Shown: positions 24,204 through 37,537, counted from the stretch's first letter. The stretch: DNA of 64,000 nt from Antedon mediterranea (GCF_964355755.1 NC_092679.1:11701432-11765431), one strand, 5' to 3'. Translations and numbers: made by a program. Notes: generated by a model not told the origin, from the letters alone.

Positions 24204-25148
24204 ACTCATAAACATTCGTTATATAATAATATTATATGAATTTTTCGTCTTTTTCCTTTGTTTGTCTTATGTGGGTTCATCCCACTTTTATTTCCACTTT
24301 TATTTCCATCATTTTCATATAAATATAGTAATTTGTACATATTTTTTCTAACATTGTATTTTTCTTATCGTCTACATCGTTTACATACATTTTGTTGTTT
24401 TAATCATTTCTCTATCCATTATCATTACTCATTTTCTCTTATAATTTATACATATCATCTTTGTTAGTTCTCATAAATATTTTCTACATCTATTTCTTTC
24501 TTAATACATACATTATCATTTAACAATAATATTATTAACTTTTTTTATTAACCAAATTTTCTATTTACAAACATATTTTTTGTTTAAACATCTATCTACA
24601 AAAAGCTTTTCACACATTGGTTTTTTTTTCCAAATTTTTTATATTAAATTGATAGTTATACATGGATAAAGTATTATATTAAACCATTAAACTTACACAC
24701 AATTTTTCTAGCAGTACATTCATACTAAATACTAAAGATGAGAACATTAAGTTAACAATAATGCTAGAACATTTTGTCACTAACTCCCTTTACGTATGTT
24801 TCCGAGCGGTTAAAAATAAACTCTCTTGTGACATAAAAGTAAACACACAAAATCAGTAAGCACTTTAAACAACAGCTTCACAATAACTTTTACAATCTTA
24901 TATCCAACCTTCTTTAAAATAAATGCTTCAATCAAAAATCCTTCATCATACTTCCTCTTATATACAATTATGTTCATAACCTTCTAGATCTAGACTTCTT
25001 ATTCTATTGGATTACAGTTTCTATTAATAGCACTTCTGGAATGTTCCTGATTGTTCTTATATTAATTATACATGGTTTCTTAAATCAAAACATATTCTAG
25101 AATGTCCACGTAGATACTATGATACTCTATCTGTTAGGAATGGTAATT

Positions 25149-25500
25149 TATTACACATTTAAATAACTGCATAAATAATTAATATAGTGAGATTAATACA
25201 TTAATATTTGGCAATACACCATATTTGCAAAATAAGCCAAAATAATTTAATGTAATAATATTATTACACATTTAAATAACTGCATAAATAATTAATATAG
25301 TGAGATTAATACATTAATACTTGGTAATACACCATATTATTTGCAAAAATAAGCAAAAATAATTTAATGTCATAATATTATTACACATTTAAATAACTGC
25401 ATAAATAATGAATATAGTGAGATTAATACATTAATATATTATGGTAATACAGTACACTTTATTTTCAAAATAAGCTAAAATAATTTAATGTAATAATATT
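25149..25500 (+). repeat. Three ~115-bp AT-rich tandem units
   Basis: TATTACACATTTAAATAACTGCATAAATAA at about 25149, 25262 and 25379. Confidence 0.9.
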
Positions 25501-25526
25501 ATGAAATAAACTTACAACATGCCTAG

Positions 25527-28500
25527 TAGCAGGGTAACTTAGCACTTTTCTTGTGCACTTTGTGACAAAAGCACCAAATTTGGCACAAACCTTCTTTAGG
25601 GTATATCTAACAATCCTAGAAGGGGTGCCCAAAAATCGGAACAATTTAAGGACGTCATTTGGACCACGCCCTTTTTTTAGTATTACGTAATTTGGAGAAA
25701 ACTTAAATTTCGTATATACATACCAAGTTTGGTATCAAATTAAAACTCATGAAATGTACATTGCAATACACACATACAAAATATATGATTTCTCTTCAGA
25801 CGGAATATATAGGTCAAATAATGTAATTATCTGTCATATTGAAGGGGATTTAAATCAAAACGCGCCAATATTGTGCTATGTTATGAACATTGTACAGTAG
25901 TTATAAGAACCACAACATTAATTTTTGTAATAAAACTACTAATATATATTTATCCTGTACCAGTTACTTTCCTTTAACATAATATTAGGAACCACTGAAA
26001 AAAAGTATATAAAACATATACTGTATCAAACTTGGCTAAATAATCACTGGACTAAGTAAACAGGCAAAAGACCATTTGACTGACAATTATGGCGTTAGCA
26101 TCCATAATAATACACGGAGGTGATTATCGACTTTACTTTTATGAAATTATTTATCTGGAAACAAACACTTATAATGGTACAGAGTTGCTAGATGACGAAC
26201 AAGTTCCACGGCATGGGTAACAAAGACCAGTGCAAGAAAGACCTGCTGAACGGCACTTGCAGTTCCCTGAGCAAAAAGGCAATTCCCATCCACATTAGGG
26301 ACATGAATACACTACCTGTAAACATCAAAGAAGATTTTAAGAAGTTCTGGGTTATTTAAAAAACAACAAGAAAGTTCTCCTGTATGCCCATTGACCAATC
26401 TCATGAGCAGAACAATGAATTAGTAAAAGGAACTGGGGGTGCAGTCGGACTTACAGAAAATCCAACAGCGTTTAAGAGGTGGATGGTGGCGGAGCCAGAA
26501 CAAGCGAGACTGATTACAGAGTTCGAGAGTCAGTTCATGGTTTATCATCCGAATGACTTTCAGCAACGAGAACAAGGACTCTCTACCCAAGAAACATATA
26601 AAGTTCAGGTCAACAGGCTACACAAAACAATTTCAAATGCAGGCAACCCATTCCTCGATAATTGTTCAGAACTTCTGGTCTTGGATGCTCGAGATTGTGA
26701 CAATGAAAGTCCAGTAGTGACAGTTCGTACAATTCAGGATGTAGGTACTACCCAGTACCAAAAATATTTCAAGGAAGTTATTCTCGACAGAAGTGTTGCA
26801 ATTCAACAAGCCATCAAACACAATAAGCTGCCGTTGTTCAACACACCACGGTAAAAATCAGTGTCCAAAACAAAGCAACAAGTTAAGAGTTTAAAAAGTG
26901 ACTGCAGCCTATTCAGTCGACTGTATATTGCAAGTCAATCTCGTGATGGAGATTTGGAAGACTTCTTCATGCATTAAAACCAGCCATGGCCACCCTCTTT
27001 GGCAGTAAATGGAAAGCTTCGACTACCAACTAAGAAGTCTGAGTTGCTACAGCATTTGGAGACTGAAGGCCAGCCTGAAACTCCTACATATTTTGACGTA
27101 AAGGTGTTTGACGGAGCTGCTATTGTCCATGCTCTTTCCAGCAACCATGCATTTACATGTTATGACTACGGTGATAAGGTGAGTACATTTCTTTGCATTC
27201 AGGATTGTATCTATTGTTTAACCACCACATAATTGGTCACTTCTATATGCGGATCGTTATTCTTGTATCATTTGTATGACAGGTCTTTCTACCGTGGACC
27301 AGACAGCAGCTGCAGAATAGTAACAGAATTGATATAGTGTGGGACACTTACAGAACAGATAGTCTTAAGCAGTCTACAAGAGAAAAAAAGAGGAAAAGGG
27401 GTCAGGAGGAAAGTTGGGGGACAAACAAAGATTCCATGGAATTTTTCAGACTTTCTGAAAGATCCAGTAAATAAAGAGGAGTTATTTAACTTTTTAACTA
27501 CGAAGGTGTCTACCCATGATTACTCTGACTGCAAAGAAGTTTACATTACATCAGGTAAGTTTTATTATGATACATACTAATTTATTTTGTTTGTAACCAA
27601 ACGATTAATTTACTTATACAGTTTCGTACCAATAATTAATTTAAAAGGCATATTAGATTAGTATGTAATTCTTGATATATGTCCTGTAGGCGAGTCTGAT
27701 GTATCCCGGACATCTACTCAGCCTATGTCAATCTGCAACCATGAAGAGACCGACTCCAGGATGTGCATTAAAAGGTAGCAGGGTTATTTTGGTGCGTACA
27801 GTTGATACTGATGTCATTGTTATCCTGGTTGGTATTTTCTGCAATCTAATAGCCTGTTATCCTGGTACGTGTATCTGGGTCGCATTTGGCATGGGTAAGC
27901 ACTTCCAATATTTTAATATAAATACCATCTGCCATAACCTAAGAGAGGATAAGTCAAGAGAGCTGCCAGTTTTCCATGCATTTACTTCCCAGTTCTTCGG
28001 AAAAGCAAAACACTCCGCATGGGAGACGTGGAACTCATTTCCAGCAGTCACAGAAGCCTTTCTTTTCATGGCACATCACCTTTTCAAATCTCTAGGAGTC
28101 AACTCATCTCAATTCCAGTTGCTAGAGGAGTTTACATGTCATCTATACTACAAGACTTTAAGAAGTGTTACAAAGCTAAGACAAGATCTTTTTTTAAGAA
28201 AGGCACGGACAATGGACAACATTCCTCCTACACAGGTAAGGGGAGCAATTGTGGTTTAATAATTTATTATCAGGTTCATTTTTTTTCTTTCATTAAAAGG
28301 TAACACCAATCTTTAAATTGTTTATTGCAGGATGCACTTTTACAGCATTCCAACAGATCCATATACCAAGCAAGCAATTGGACCACCAGTCTACAGCCAC
28401 AGCAGAATGCTCCATCACCAGTACATGGACACCAGTCTGGACCATACTACCTGAAGCATCCAAGGCATGTGTAGGGAATTGCTAAAGTGTCGCTGCAGGG

Positions 28501-29219
28501 AACTGCAAGTGCCGTTCAGCAGGTCTTTCTTGCACTGGTCTTTGTTACCCATGCCGTGGAACTTGTTTGTCATCTAGCAACTCTGTACCATTATAAGTGT
28601 TTGATTCCAGATAAATAATTTCATAAAGTAAAGTTGATAATCACCTCCATGTATTGTTATGGATGCTAACGCCATAATTGTCAGTCAAATGGTCTTTTGT
28701 CTGTTTACTTATATATATATGTTTTATATACTTTTTTTCAGTGGTTCCTAATATTATGTTAAAGGAAAGTACGGTAACTGGTACAGGATAAATATATATT
28801 AGTAGTTCTATTACAAAAATAAATGTTGATGTTCTTATAACTACAATGTTCATAACATAGCACAATATTGGCGCGTTTTGATTGAAATCCCCTTCAATAT
28901 GACAGAAAATTACATTATTTGACCTATATATTCCGTCTGAAGAGAAATCATATATTTTTTATGTGTGCATTGCAATGTACATGTCATGAGTTTTAATTTG
29001 ATACCAAACTTGGTATGTATATACGAAATTTAAGTTTTCTCCTAATTACGTAATACTAAAAAAAGGGCGTGGTCCAAATGACGTCGTTAAATTGTTCCGA
29101 TTTTTGGGCACCCCTTCTAGGATTGTTAGATATACCCTAAAGAAGGTTTGTGCCAAATTTGGTGCTTTTGTCACAAAATGCACAATCTTCATAAAAAATG
29201 GAAGTTAGCAACCCTGCTA
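25527..29219 (+). mobile_element. Academ DNA transposon (defective), second family
   Basis: Termini TAGCAGGGT...ACCCTGCTA; 3-bp TSD TAG (25524-25526, 29220-29222); inverted arms about 25527-26270 vs 28496-29219. Confidence 0.9.
26275..28577 (+). pseudogene. Academ transposase pseudogene, 5'-truncated, with three apparent introns
   Basis: PIHIRDM, PIDQSHEQNNELVKGTGGAVGLTEN, LFSRLYIA, FDGAAIVH, RIDIVWDTY, CNHEE, TVDTDV, IPPTQDALLQH and a Cys-rich C-terminus; GT-AG introns near 27180-27282, 27555-27689 and 28235-28330; in-frame stops. Confidence 0.85.
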
Positions 29220-29849
29220 TAGTGTGTGTACCATTTAAAGATATTTTGAATAAAAAAATGCAATTTAGTGACCCCTAAAAGTCTCGCGTCCTGGGACAGT
29301 AAATTACCCGTATGGGATACAGGCAACGTCTTCAAGGGATTAAAATAATTTTAAATTTTATCCATGGGTTTTTACAGACTGGCTTATTGAGCTCAGTTAG
29401 TTTAACTAAATGTAAATTATATATTAAAAACACCAGAACATGCCCTATTTCAGGAGTTCGAACTTCTACTTCCTGTGTAGGAAAAAACGATTTAGTTTAT
29501 GTAACCAAGGATGGTTCTGGTATTATTCCTCCCAGTGACAATTTTTCAGGGGTCATAGTATTATGAATTATGTAGAGGATAAATATGGATCTTGTAGATT
29601 TAAGATGTTACGTTATTATTACTATGTACTTTATTTATTTATTATTTCAGTCCTTGTTGAAATTGCCCCACGCGGGATGAATAAAGAATTTGAATTGAAT
29701 TGATGATAACGTAAACCGCAATATATAAATATAAATAGTATAAATAATTTCTTATATTTACAGTCACACTCTAGAAGGAGTTCCTTAAACGAACTACTGC
29801 TGTTGCATATTATTTTACATACGTTTGACAAGTTTTCTCGGTGCGGTTC

Positions 29850-29894
29850 AAATCAGCGGGGCTTACACCCGTCGAAGACGGGTACTAACTCTAG
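29850..29894 (+). mobile_element. Helitron 3' terminus
   Basis: Hairpin ACCCGTC-GAA-GACGGGT (29867-29883), then CTAG|T at 29891-29895; truncated sister copy at 21738-21776. Confidence 0.65.
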
Positions 29895-29929
29895 TATCTT
29901 ATATAATATCCAGAATCTGAATTGTTTCA

Positions 29930-30290
29930 TCAACCTAATTTAAACTACATGGTCTCTTAATTTTAACATTTTTTCCAATCCAAATGGCGTTTGTTTTCTT
30001 TTTATTCAAAGTCATACCAGACACCTTACACAAATTAGTAACAATATTTAAACCAATCTCTATGCTTTCTTCGTTTCCTACAAAGAGCACAGTGTCATCC
30101 GTATATTAATATTAGGTAAAGATATACCTTTATAACCTGTATCATTTCTTATATTGCAAGTCATGACTTCCACAACAGGTATAAAGAGTAGCGCCGACAA
30201 TGGGAAACCCTGTCTAATTCCATATTCCATTTCGAAACTTTCTAACGTCGAACCACTATTAATGATAACACATTCTGTCTTATTATTTTG
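29930..30290 (-). pseudogene. Degenerate L1/Tx1-type RT fragment
   Basis: CVIINSGSTLESFEMEYGIRQGFPLSALLFIPVVEVM..IRNDTGYKGI and DDTVLF. Confidence 0.65.
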
Positions 30291-30998
30291 TTTGTAAATG
30301 GGTCTCTAGCGATATTTCGAATTGATCGCCATCAATTTGGAATAATCAGAAGAATCAAAAGGATAATCAACAACTGCCTGTTCGAGATGTCGGATACTCT
30401 TTATAAAGGCGCTGACAAGCCAAACACTGGTTGCAACTTACTTAATTAATGATGCTTCTGACAATGCCTAATTATTCAAATTTAAGTATGTTGACGATCA
30501 AAGCTTTGTTGAGGTCCGTCGTGTTGATCATCCTACTTAAATATGTTGATTCGGACATTTACGTTCTAGACAACTATATGCCAACTTTATAACAAATATT
30601 TAAAGCCATGAATTACAAGCTTATTTCAGAATCACCCACCCGTCCCTCCAAACTTAGTCATGGGGATAGGTAGTAAAATGCTGGATTTAGTTCCCGGAAT
30701 AAAAAATGATTGGTATTCATATTCATGGCAATTTTGAAGAGGGATATATTGTTTGTAGTATGATTTCAAATATTAGTCGTAAAGGATCTATTGGTCGTTT
30801 AGCTTGTCTTCTGTGGACGAAAATCAGTCAAATCGGTCGCAATTAGTCGAGGTAAATGTGATTTAGTCACAGATTTAGTTCATTTTCAGAATTAATTGAC
30901 TTTTTGCAACGTGATTTCACTTTCTAAAATCATTTGTAATTAAATTGTTTTTTTGCAATTTGGATTTACTGTATTTCGTAATTATATTGATGTTTAGG

Positions 30999-33002
30999 AT
31001 GACGACTGAGCCTGCACCGTACGGTCATGAAGATACCAACACAGACGATAGACCATCCCGCTTCAAAAAGGCAATATCTGGAGGATTCAGTGTTGCTGAA
31101 AAGATTGCCCACTACGATGCATGGGCAAATACGTATGACGAGGTATAATATTGTGAACATAATGGGCACAATTTATTAGCGTTTGTTGAACGCGCGAGAG
31201 ACAGATTTTAAGTCTGTATATAGATAACCTGACAGAATTACTTTCTTGAGTTAGTCTCGGAAGCATAATACATTTATATTATACTTTTTCCTTTTAAGGA
31301 TATGAGGTCATATGGTTTTACCGGACCAGAAATAGCTGTCGAATATATGAAGAGGTATTTTAAAGATACTAGCGGCAAATATTTGGATTGTGGAGCCGGT
31401 ACTGGACTTTTAGGTGTACATGTACGTTTTTTTACTCTTCTTAGATGTAGTCCTAAACATACTATTAGAAATTTTACAGAAAATTACAAAACCTTTTCTT
31501 TTAAAACAAAAACGGGTTCACAACTCACTTTACAGTTACTTGAAGTTAGATTAATATAATCTATCGTTCAATTTCTTTTCTTTGTTGACTAGATTAAGGA
31601 GTTGGGGTACACAGACTTCCACGCACTCGATGCATCCAGCGTGGCACTGGAGAAGGCAAAATCCAGACAAGCATATACTAAATTTATTGAAGAATTCATT
31701 ACTACAGGGAAACTTAGCATAGAAACAGGTATGACAGTTAGTAACGGAGGGATAATCAGACTTTGTTTAGTCGTTTAGGTCGGTCTACCAACATTTGCTA
31801 TTATATGGATTTAGTTGTGAGACTCGCTTCTTGATTGTAATCACTCCCCGAGAAAACCTCAAAATGTTACACTCCAAACTTAATGCTAAGACAAAAATGA
31901 TGAAGATGGTTTTGGTAGTTGGAGTTGCTGACAAAAATGTGTCAGAATTTAAAAGTCGACAATAACTTTCTTTTCCCGAATTCTAGATACATATGATGGT
32001 TTGGTGTGTTGTGGTTGTTTTGTTCCTGGGCATTTAGAACCAGATTGTGTTGAAGATTGGTGCCGTATTGTTAAACCAGGTACCGATAAAATGATGTGTT
32101 CACCAGTTGATTAAGTAAATTTGTTAGACTTTATCTGAATATATATAACTAGCATTTTATTAGACCTTAGATTTTGGAAAATTTGGAGCATTTAATAGAT
32201 ATTTGAGCGACTGACACATTATGATGACTACGTCACCTAAATAGAAATTCCATCGCGTTATGCACCCTACTTCATGTGGTTTCCCTTCAACGACTGTGTG
32301 TTTTATGTCAGTATGCTCACGATGTAGACTCATAATTATTGAAATCAATAGCATATTAACATAATGTAACTTATCTGAACCTGCAATCCGTATATTTAGT
32401 CAGCCATATTCAGCCATGTTCTTCGTCATCTAAATTACATTTATAATTTATTTCAACTAAAGTTACTAAACAAACAAAATAACTGCAAAAATGCCCTGTT
32501 TTCGAAGTATTTCCCGCCATTTTTAAGTATAAATAATTTGAGAAAAGAAAAATTGACACCCCCAAAATAAAAAAATAATAATTGAAAATTGTGTCCGATA
32601 TTTTTCAATAATGTACTTTTGAAATATATTAATTTGAAAATAAAATACTACATGAACTTTTATAAGGAAAAACAAAAACCCGTTTTGGTCAATTACTCAA
32701 AAGTAGCTTTTTGTAGATACCCCTTTTCTCAAAGTACATAGTAAGGGTTTTCATGTTGAAGCTCTATTCCATTTTAAAAATAAATTATCTGAATATTTTC
32801 GTTTGCTTCATTAGGTGGAATTGTGTTCATTGTGTTGTGCCAACGATGGCTATCGCAAGAACCAGCTTACAACGAAGGGAAACTTGAGGGTGCCTTCCAG
32901 AAACGTGTCGACGAATGCAAATGGGAGTTAGTTGTTAGAGAACAGAGAGATAAATATCTAACCGAGGATGTAGCAGAAGTATTTGTTTTTAAAGTGAAAT
33001 AA
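30999..33002 (+). CDS. METTL27: METTL27/WBSCR27-like SAM methyltransferase, paralog 2 (227 aa); exons 30999-31142, 31299-31421, 31593-31728, 31987-32079, 32815-33002
   Basis: GT-AG introns, same phases as paralog 1 and same sizes for exons 2-5 (123/136/93/188; exon 1 is 144 vs 147); 684-nt open CDS; LDCGAGTG motif I. Confidence 0.88.
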
Positions 33003-33964
33003 CAAATGTGTAACACTTCATGTCAAAACGATGTTTTAAATGGTAATATAATAATTAATTTAGATATTATACATAATAATACATTTTAGAAACGTTGAAA
33101 ATGATGAGATATGTGAGAGCTAAAATAAAATTAAAATTCTTTTCTGGGCTTTCATGGTTGGTATGTTCGATTGGCTCTAACCGCTCACACCAGTGATAAA
33201 TACTGAAATTACTAAGAATATAGGAAAGTTTCTTCTAGTTCGATTCTCACCGAGAAATGATGTATAATTATATATTGTACACCGTTGAAGGTATTACTTT
33301 AATCAATCAGATGAATATAAATGTTCGGAAAATGAATGAATAAACAAAATATGGAATTGACTGATCTTGTGGTTTCTTACCTTAGTGTCATCAAGTGATC
33401 TATGCAGAAAAGTAAAAAACAGTTATTTTAACACCTGTAGTTATTTCTTTTTAAAATAGCCCTCTAAACAAAACAAATTCAAATTCTCATTTTTTGAAGA
33501 AAAAAAATGTATATCATAAAATTTGCAGTTTCTATAATTATGGATAAAACAGGAATGTTTTTAGGGTAGTAGGCCTACTTACTGTAAGTTAGTACTTGTA
33601 TGTTGTGCCATATCAACACCAACACATTAATATTACAAGCACAACACCTTATATATCGTATCAACATACATTCCAAATACTGCAATCAAATGTGAGCAAT
33701 GGCATAAATGCACATTTTTTTTTGTCAAAAATATATTCTAGAAAAATGATAGTATAGTTTTTTTATTTTATTCAGTTGACAACCAACATGATGACCAACA
33801 TGGCGATGAAACCGCCACTAACAAGTTAAATCTAAACATAATAAACTATAATAATACATTCAAATATGCAACAATAACATTATAGAGATTTAACAATTTT
33901 ACATCTTTTAAAATTTAATCATTTTAAATAATAAAATAAATCAAGTATAGTCAGGTTCAAAGAT

Positions 33965-35475
33965 AAAAACGTTGTTGCCAAATCTGTAACCCCGTGGCGG
34001 GTCTTTTATGGACCTTTACAAGGTGGCGGCCAACATATTCAAATAACTTATACTTTCTTAATGGCTGGTGTTACAGGTTTCATTTTAGTGTCAAATAATT
34101 CACAACATATATCTATTATTACATAGCCTATGTAAATACGTGGACGTGATTAGTTGAAACTGTATCACTTTACTACTGCTGCGAGGATCGTAAATCGTAT
34201 TATTTCCTCGAGTACGATGATATTGACACGACAACCACTCGGGAATGATATTGCTCTCGAGAATTATCCTCAGCTAGCGCTTCGGAAGCAAAATACCATT
34301 CCCTCGAGGCTGTCAAACCTTATATTTTACCTCTATGCAGGCAATATCTGCATAATATTCACTCTAATACAACATTTTGTCCAAAAAGGGCTGCAGCTAC
34401 CATTTCTGACATTTTGAGTTTTGACCTTTTCCTCTTATAAACTATTACTGTAATGCAAATTGTTCAGGTCATATATATTAATATTTGATCTAGTGAACTT
34501 TTTTGTCCAAAAGTGAACGGAAATATTTTATTGACCTTGACCTTCTATCTCGATAACTACTGGCCATAGAGATATGTATTTGGTCTTAAATTGTTCAGAA
34601 CATTATATTCATTCTAATAAAACATTTGATCAATATGTGGTCAGAAATGACTGCATTTACCTTTGACCTCGGATTTCTTGTATCTCAATATATAGTGGTC
34701 ACAGAAAAATAACATTTGACTTAAAATGGTTAGAATATATATTTTTATATTCATTATTACAAACATGTTGTGTCAAAAAGTGCATAAAACCGACGTAATT
34801 TGTTTTCACTTGTAGTGAGGATGTGATTTCTGACATAATTCCGTAATTCTATTTCTTAACACAGTTGGTTTTGTTTTAATATGGGGATTGAAAGAGTCTG
34901 ATGATTGACGAAAAGTATCTAAAAGTATGTTCACAATGCAATTTTGTAGATAGACAATACTGGTATGAACACGAGTCTGAAAAAATACCGGTCTAACAAG
35001 CTATAATTCTAGTAACTATCGGACAAAATGTTTGTTATAATGAAAATAAAAATATATATGTTCCGCCCAAATTAAATCAAATGTTATCTTTCTGTGATCA
35101 ATATATATGAGATACAATAAAGCCGAGGTCAAAGGTCAATTCAGCCATTTCTGGCCATAATTTGCTAAGATTTTACATTAGAATGAATATAAACAATTTG
35201 CAACAATTTCAGACCAAATAGGCCTACATGTCTCTATGCCCAGTAGTTATCGAGATAGAAGGTCAGGGTCAAAAGTCAATAAAGCCATTGTTGGCCTCAT
35301 ATTGATAAAATGTTTCATTATAATTAATTTTAACATATGTTCTGAAGAATTTAAGACCAAATACATGTCTCTATGACCAGTAGTTATCGAGATAGAAGGT
35401 CTGGGTCAAAGATCAATAACAATATTTCCATTCAGTTGAAACTGTTGTAAACTGAATGCTTAAACATTGACGCGC
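33965..35475. repeat. Composite DNA-transposon-like repeat with internal inverted arms; duplicated at 36825-37537
   Basis: AAAAACGTTGTTGCCAAATCTGTAACCCCGTGGCGGGTC starts both copies; TGACCTT/AAGGTCA-rich arms. Confidence 0.7.
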
Positions 35476-36439
35476 GCTGTCATTGGCGTCGAAGTAAAGC
35501 TAAATTATTTTTTGTTCTAAAGAATTATGGAACGAATTCTATGTCTCTACCTGTTGAATGCTTTAACAATAAACGCGTATGTCATTGGGGTATTGAAGAT
35601 GAATATACATCAAACGAATGCTATTGTTTAAACGGCTTATTTAGTTATTTATTAGTTATGTATTATACCCGTCTACTACCTGTTGAATGCTTAAACAAAA
35701 TGATGCGCGCTTTGCCAGATTAGATTATCGTCGACAAAGAGATGGTTTATTGCACAGGATTGCTGTTTCCAATCGTCATAAATGCTTACACAATAAACGC
35801 GCGGGCTGTCTCCTTGCGGTATTGAAGATAAGCTTTTCATTAATTTTTTTTCTAAAGCATTATCGAACGAATACAATGGTTTCTACCTATTGAATGCTTA
35901 AAAAAATGATGCGCGCTTTGCCAGATTAGCTCTATCTTACTTCAACCTTAAATTCCCTACATAAACTCTAAAGCTAATGAAATACTCACTCATGCTGCTA
36001 TTCACTCTATCATGATGCACCGATCCTTTATTGAACTAGTGCCATTCAGGTTTTGCTAATCCTTTTTAAAAGATGCCTCATTCCTTCACGTTCATAACCA
36101 AAGCCCATCGCCATTTGCATACACGAAATTGTACATGGTATATGCATAATAGTGAAACGTGTTGGTGTACAAACTGTTGTCACTGTTTTGTAACATAACC
36201 TTTTGTAAAATGTATTTTTTTTTAAATTGTTTTTATGCATAGAATTAGTGTATAATTATTGATATAATTCGTTATTTTAAATAGGCTAAATTAAAAAAAA
36301 TAATAATTAAAATCTGAATCATCACTGTTAAAAATGTCTAATGTGAATTTGAATAAAGGTGACGTAGGCCAGACAAAAATGATAGACCGGATTTTAACAT
36401 GTCATATACATGGCTGCAGTCGCTTGCTCAAATTTGAGT

Positions 36440-36520
36440 TAGTGTTTACCGACCGACCGACCAAACGATCATCCAACCGACCGAAATAGTGAGCTGTATT
36501 GTCGCGTTTGCACCAATAAA
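36440..36520 (-). mobile_element. HINE 5' end fragment
   Basis: (GACC)n-like run plus ATAGTGAGCTG..GTCGCG, the reverse complement of the 22648 element start. Confidence 0.5.
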
Positions 36521-36824
36521 GGTGGTATAAGATGTGTTGCATACAAAAAATGAATGTGGATGTTACCTGCAAAAAGAAGCATACAAACAGGACAGGTGTT
36601 GTTGTTCAGTACATACGTAGCCGTATCACGCCTAACGACAATAAAATACACTGCTGTACCCCATGTCTGCTGACGGTAACACACCCAGAGCACCTAACTC
36701 CTAAATATTAACATAAGCTAACTAACCCTATAATCTCTCTAAATGCAAAGAGATATTCCGTGTGCAATATGTGATGAAAGTTGGCAACTTGTCTAAATAT
36801 CTTTAGTAGGTCAAAAAAACCAGA

Positions 36825-37537
36825 AAAACGTTGTTGCCAAATCTGTAACCCCGTGGCGGGTCTTTTATTGACCCTTAAAAGATGGCGGCCACAATATTCA
36901 AATAACTTATATTTTCGTAATGGCTGGTGTTACAGGTTTCATTTTAGTGTCAAATAATTCACAACAACGATGATATTGACACGACAACCACTCGGGAATG
37001 ATATTATGCTCCATCGAGAATTATCTTCAGCTAGCGCTCGGAAGGATAAATTCCCTTGAGCAAAATATCATTCCCTCGAGGATGTTAAACCTTATATTCT
37101 ACCTCTAAGCAGGCAATATCTGTAAAATATATTTACTCTAATACAACATTTTGTCCAAAAAGGCCTGCAGCAAAGGTCAATTCAGCCATTTCTGGCCACA
37201 ATTTGCTAAGATTGTTCATTAGAATGAATACAAACATATGTCCGCAACAATTTAAGACCAAATACATGTCTCTATGACCAGTAGTTATTGAGATAGAAGG
37301 TCAGGGTCAAAGGTCAATGAAGCCATTTCTGGCCACATATTTATAAAATGTTTCATTAGAATTTTTTACATATGTTCCGAAGAATTTAAGACCAAATACA
37401 TGTCTCTATGACCAGTAGTTATCGAGATAGAAGGTCTGGGTTAAAGATCAATATAACAATATTTCCTTTCAGGTCTCTCGGTTGAAGTTGTCATTGCATT
37501 GTAAACTGTTGTAAACTGAATGCTTAAACATTGACGC
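36825..37537. repeat. Internally deleted second copy of 33965-35475
   Basis: Collinear match lacking about 34400-35130. Confidence 0.75.

Noticed and set aside
24200-29320. Possible long LTR hosting the Academ insertion
   Set aside because: No second copy, TSD, PBS or PPT identified.
30310-30720. FKYVDD-containing RT-like scrap
   Set aside because: Single motif amid stops; boundaries cannot be supported.
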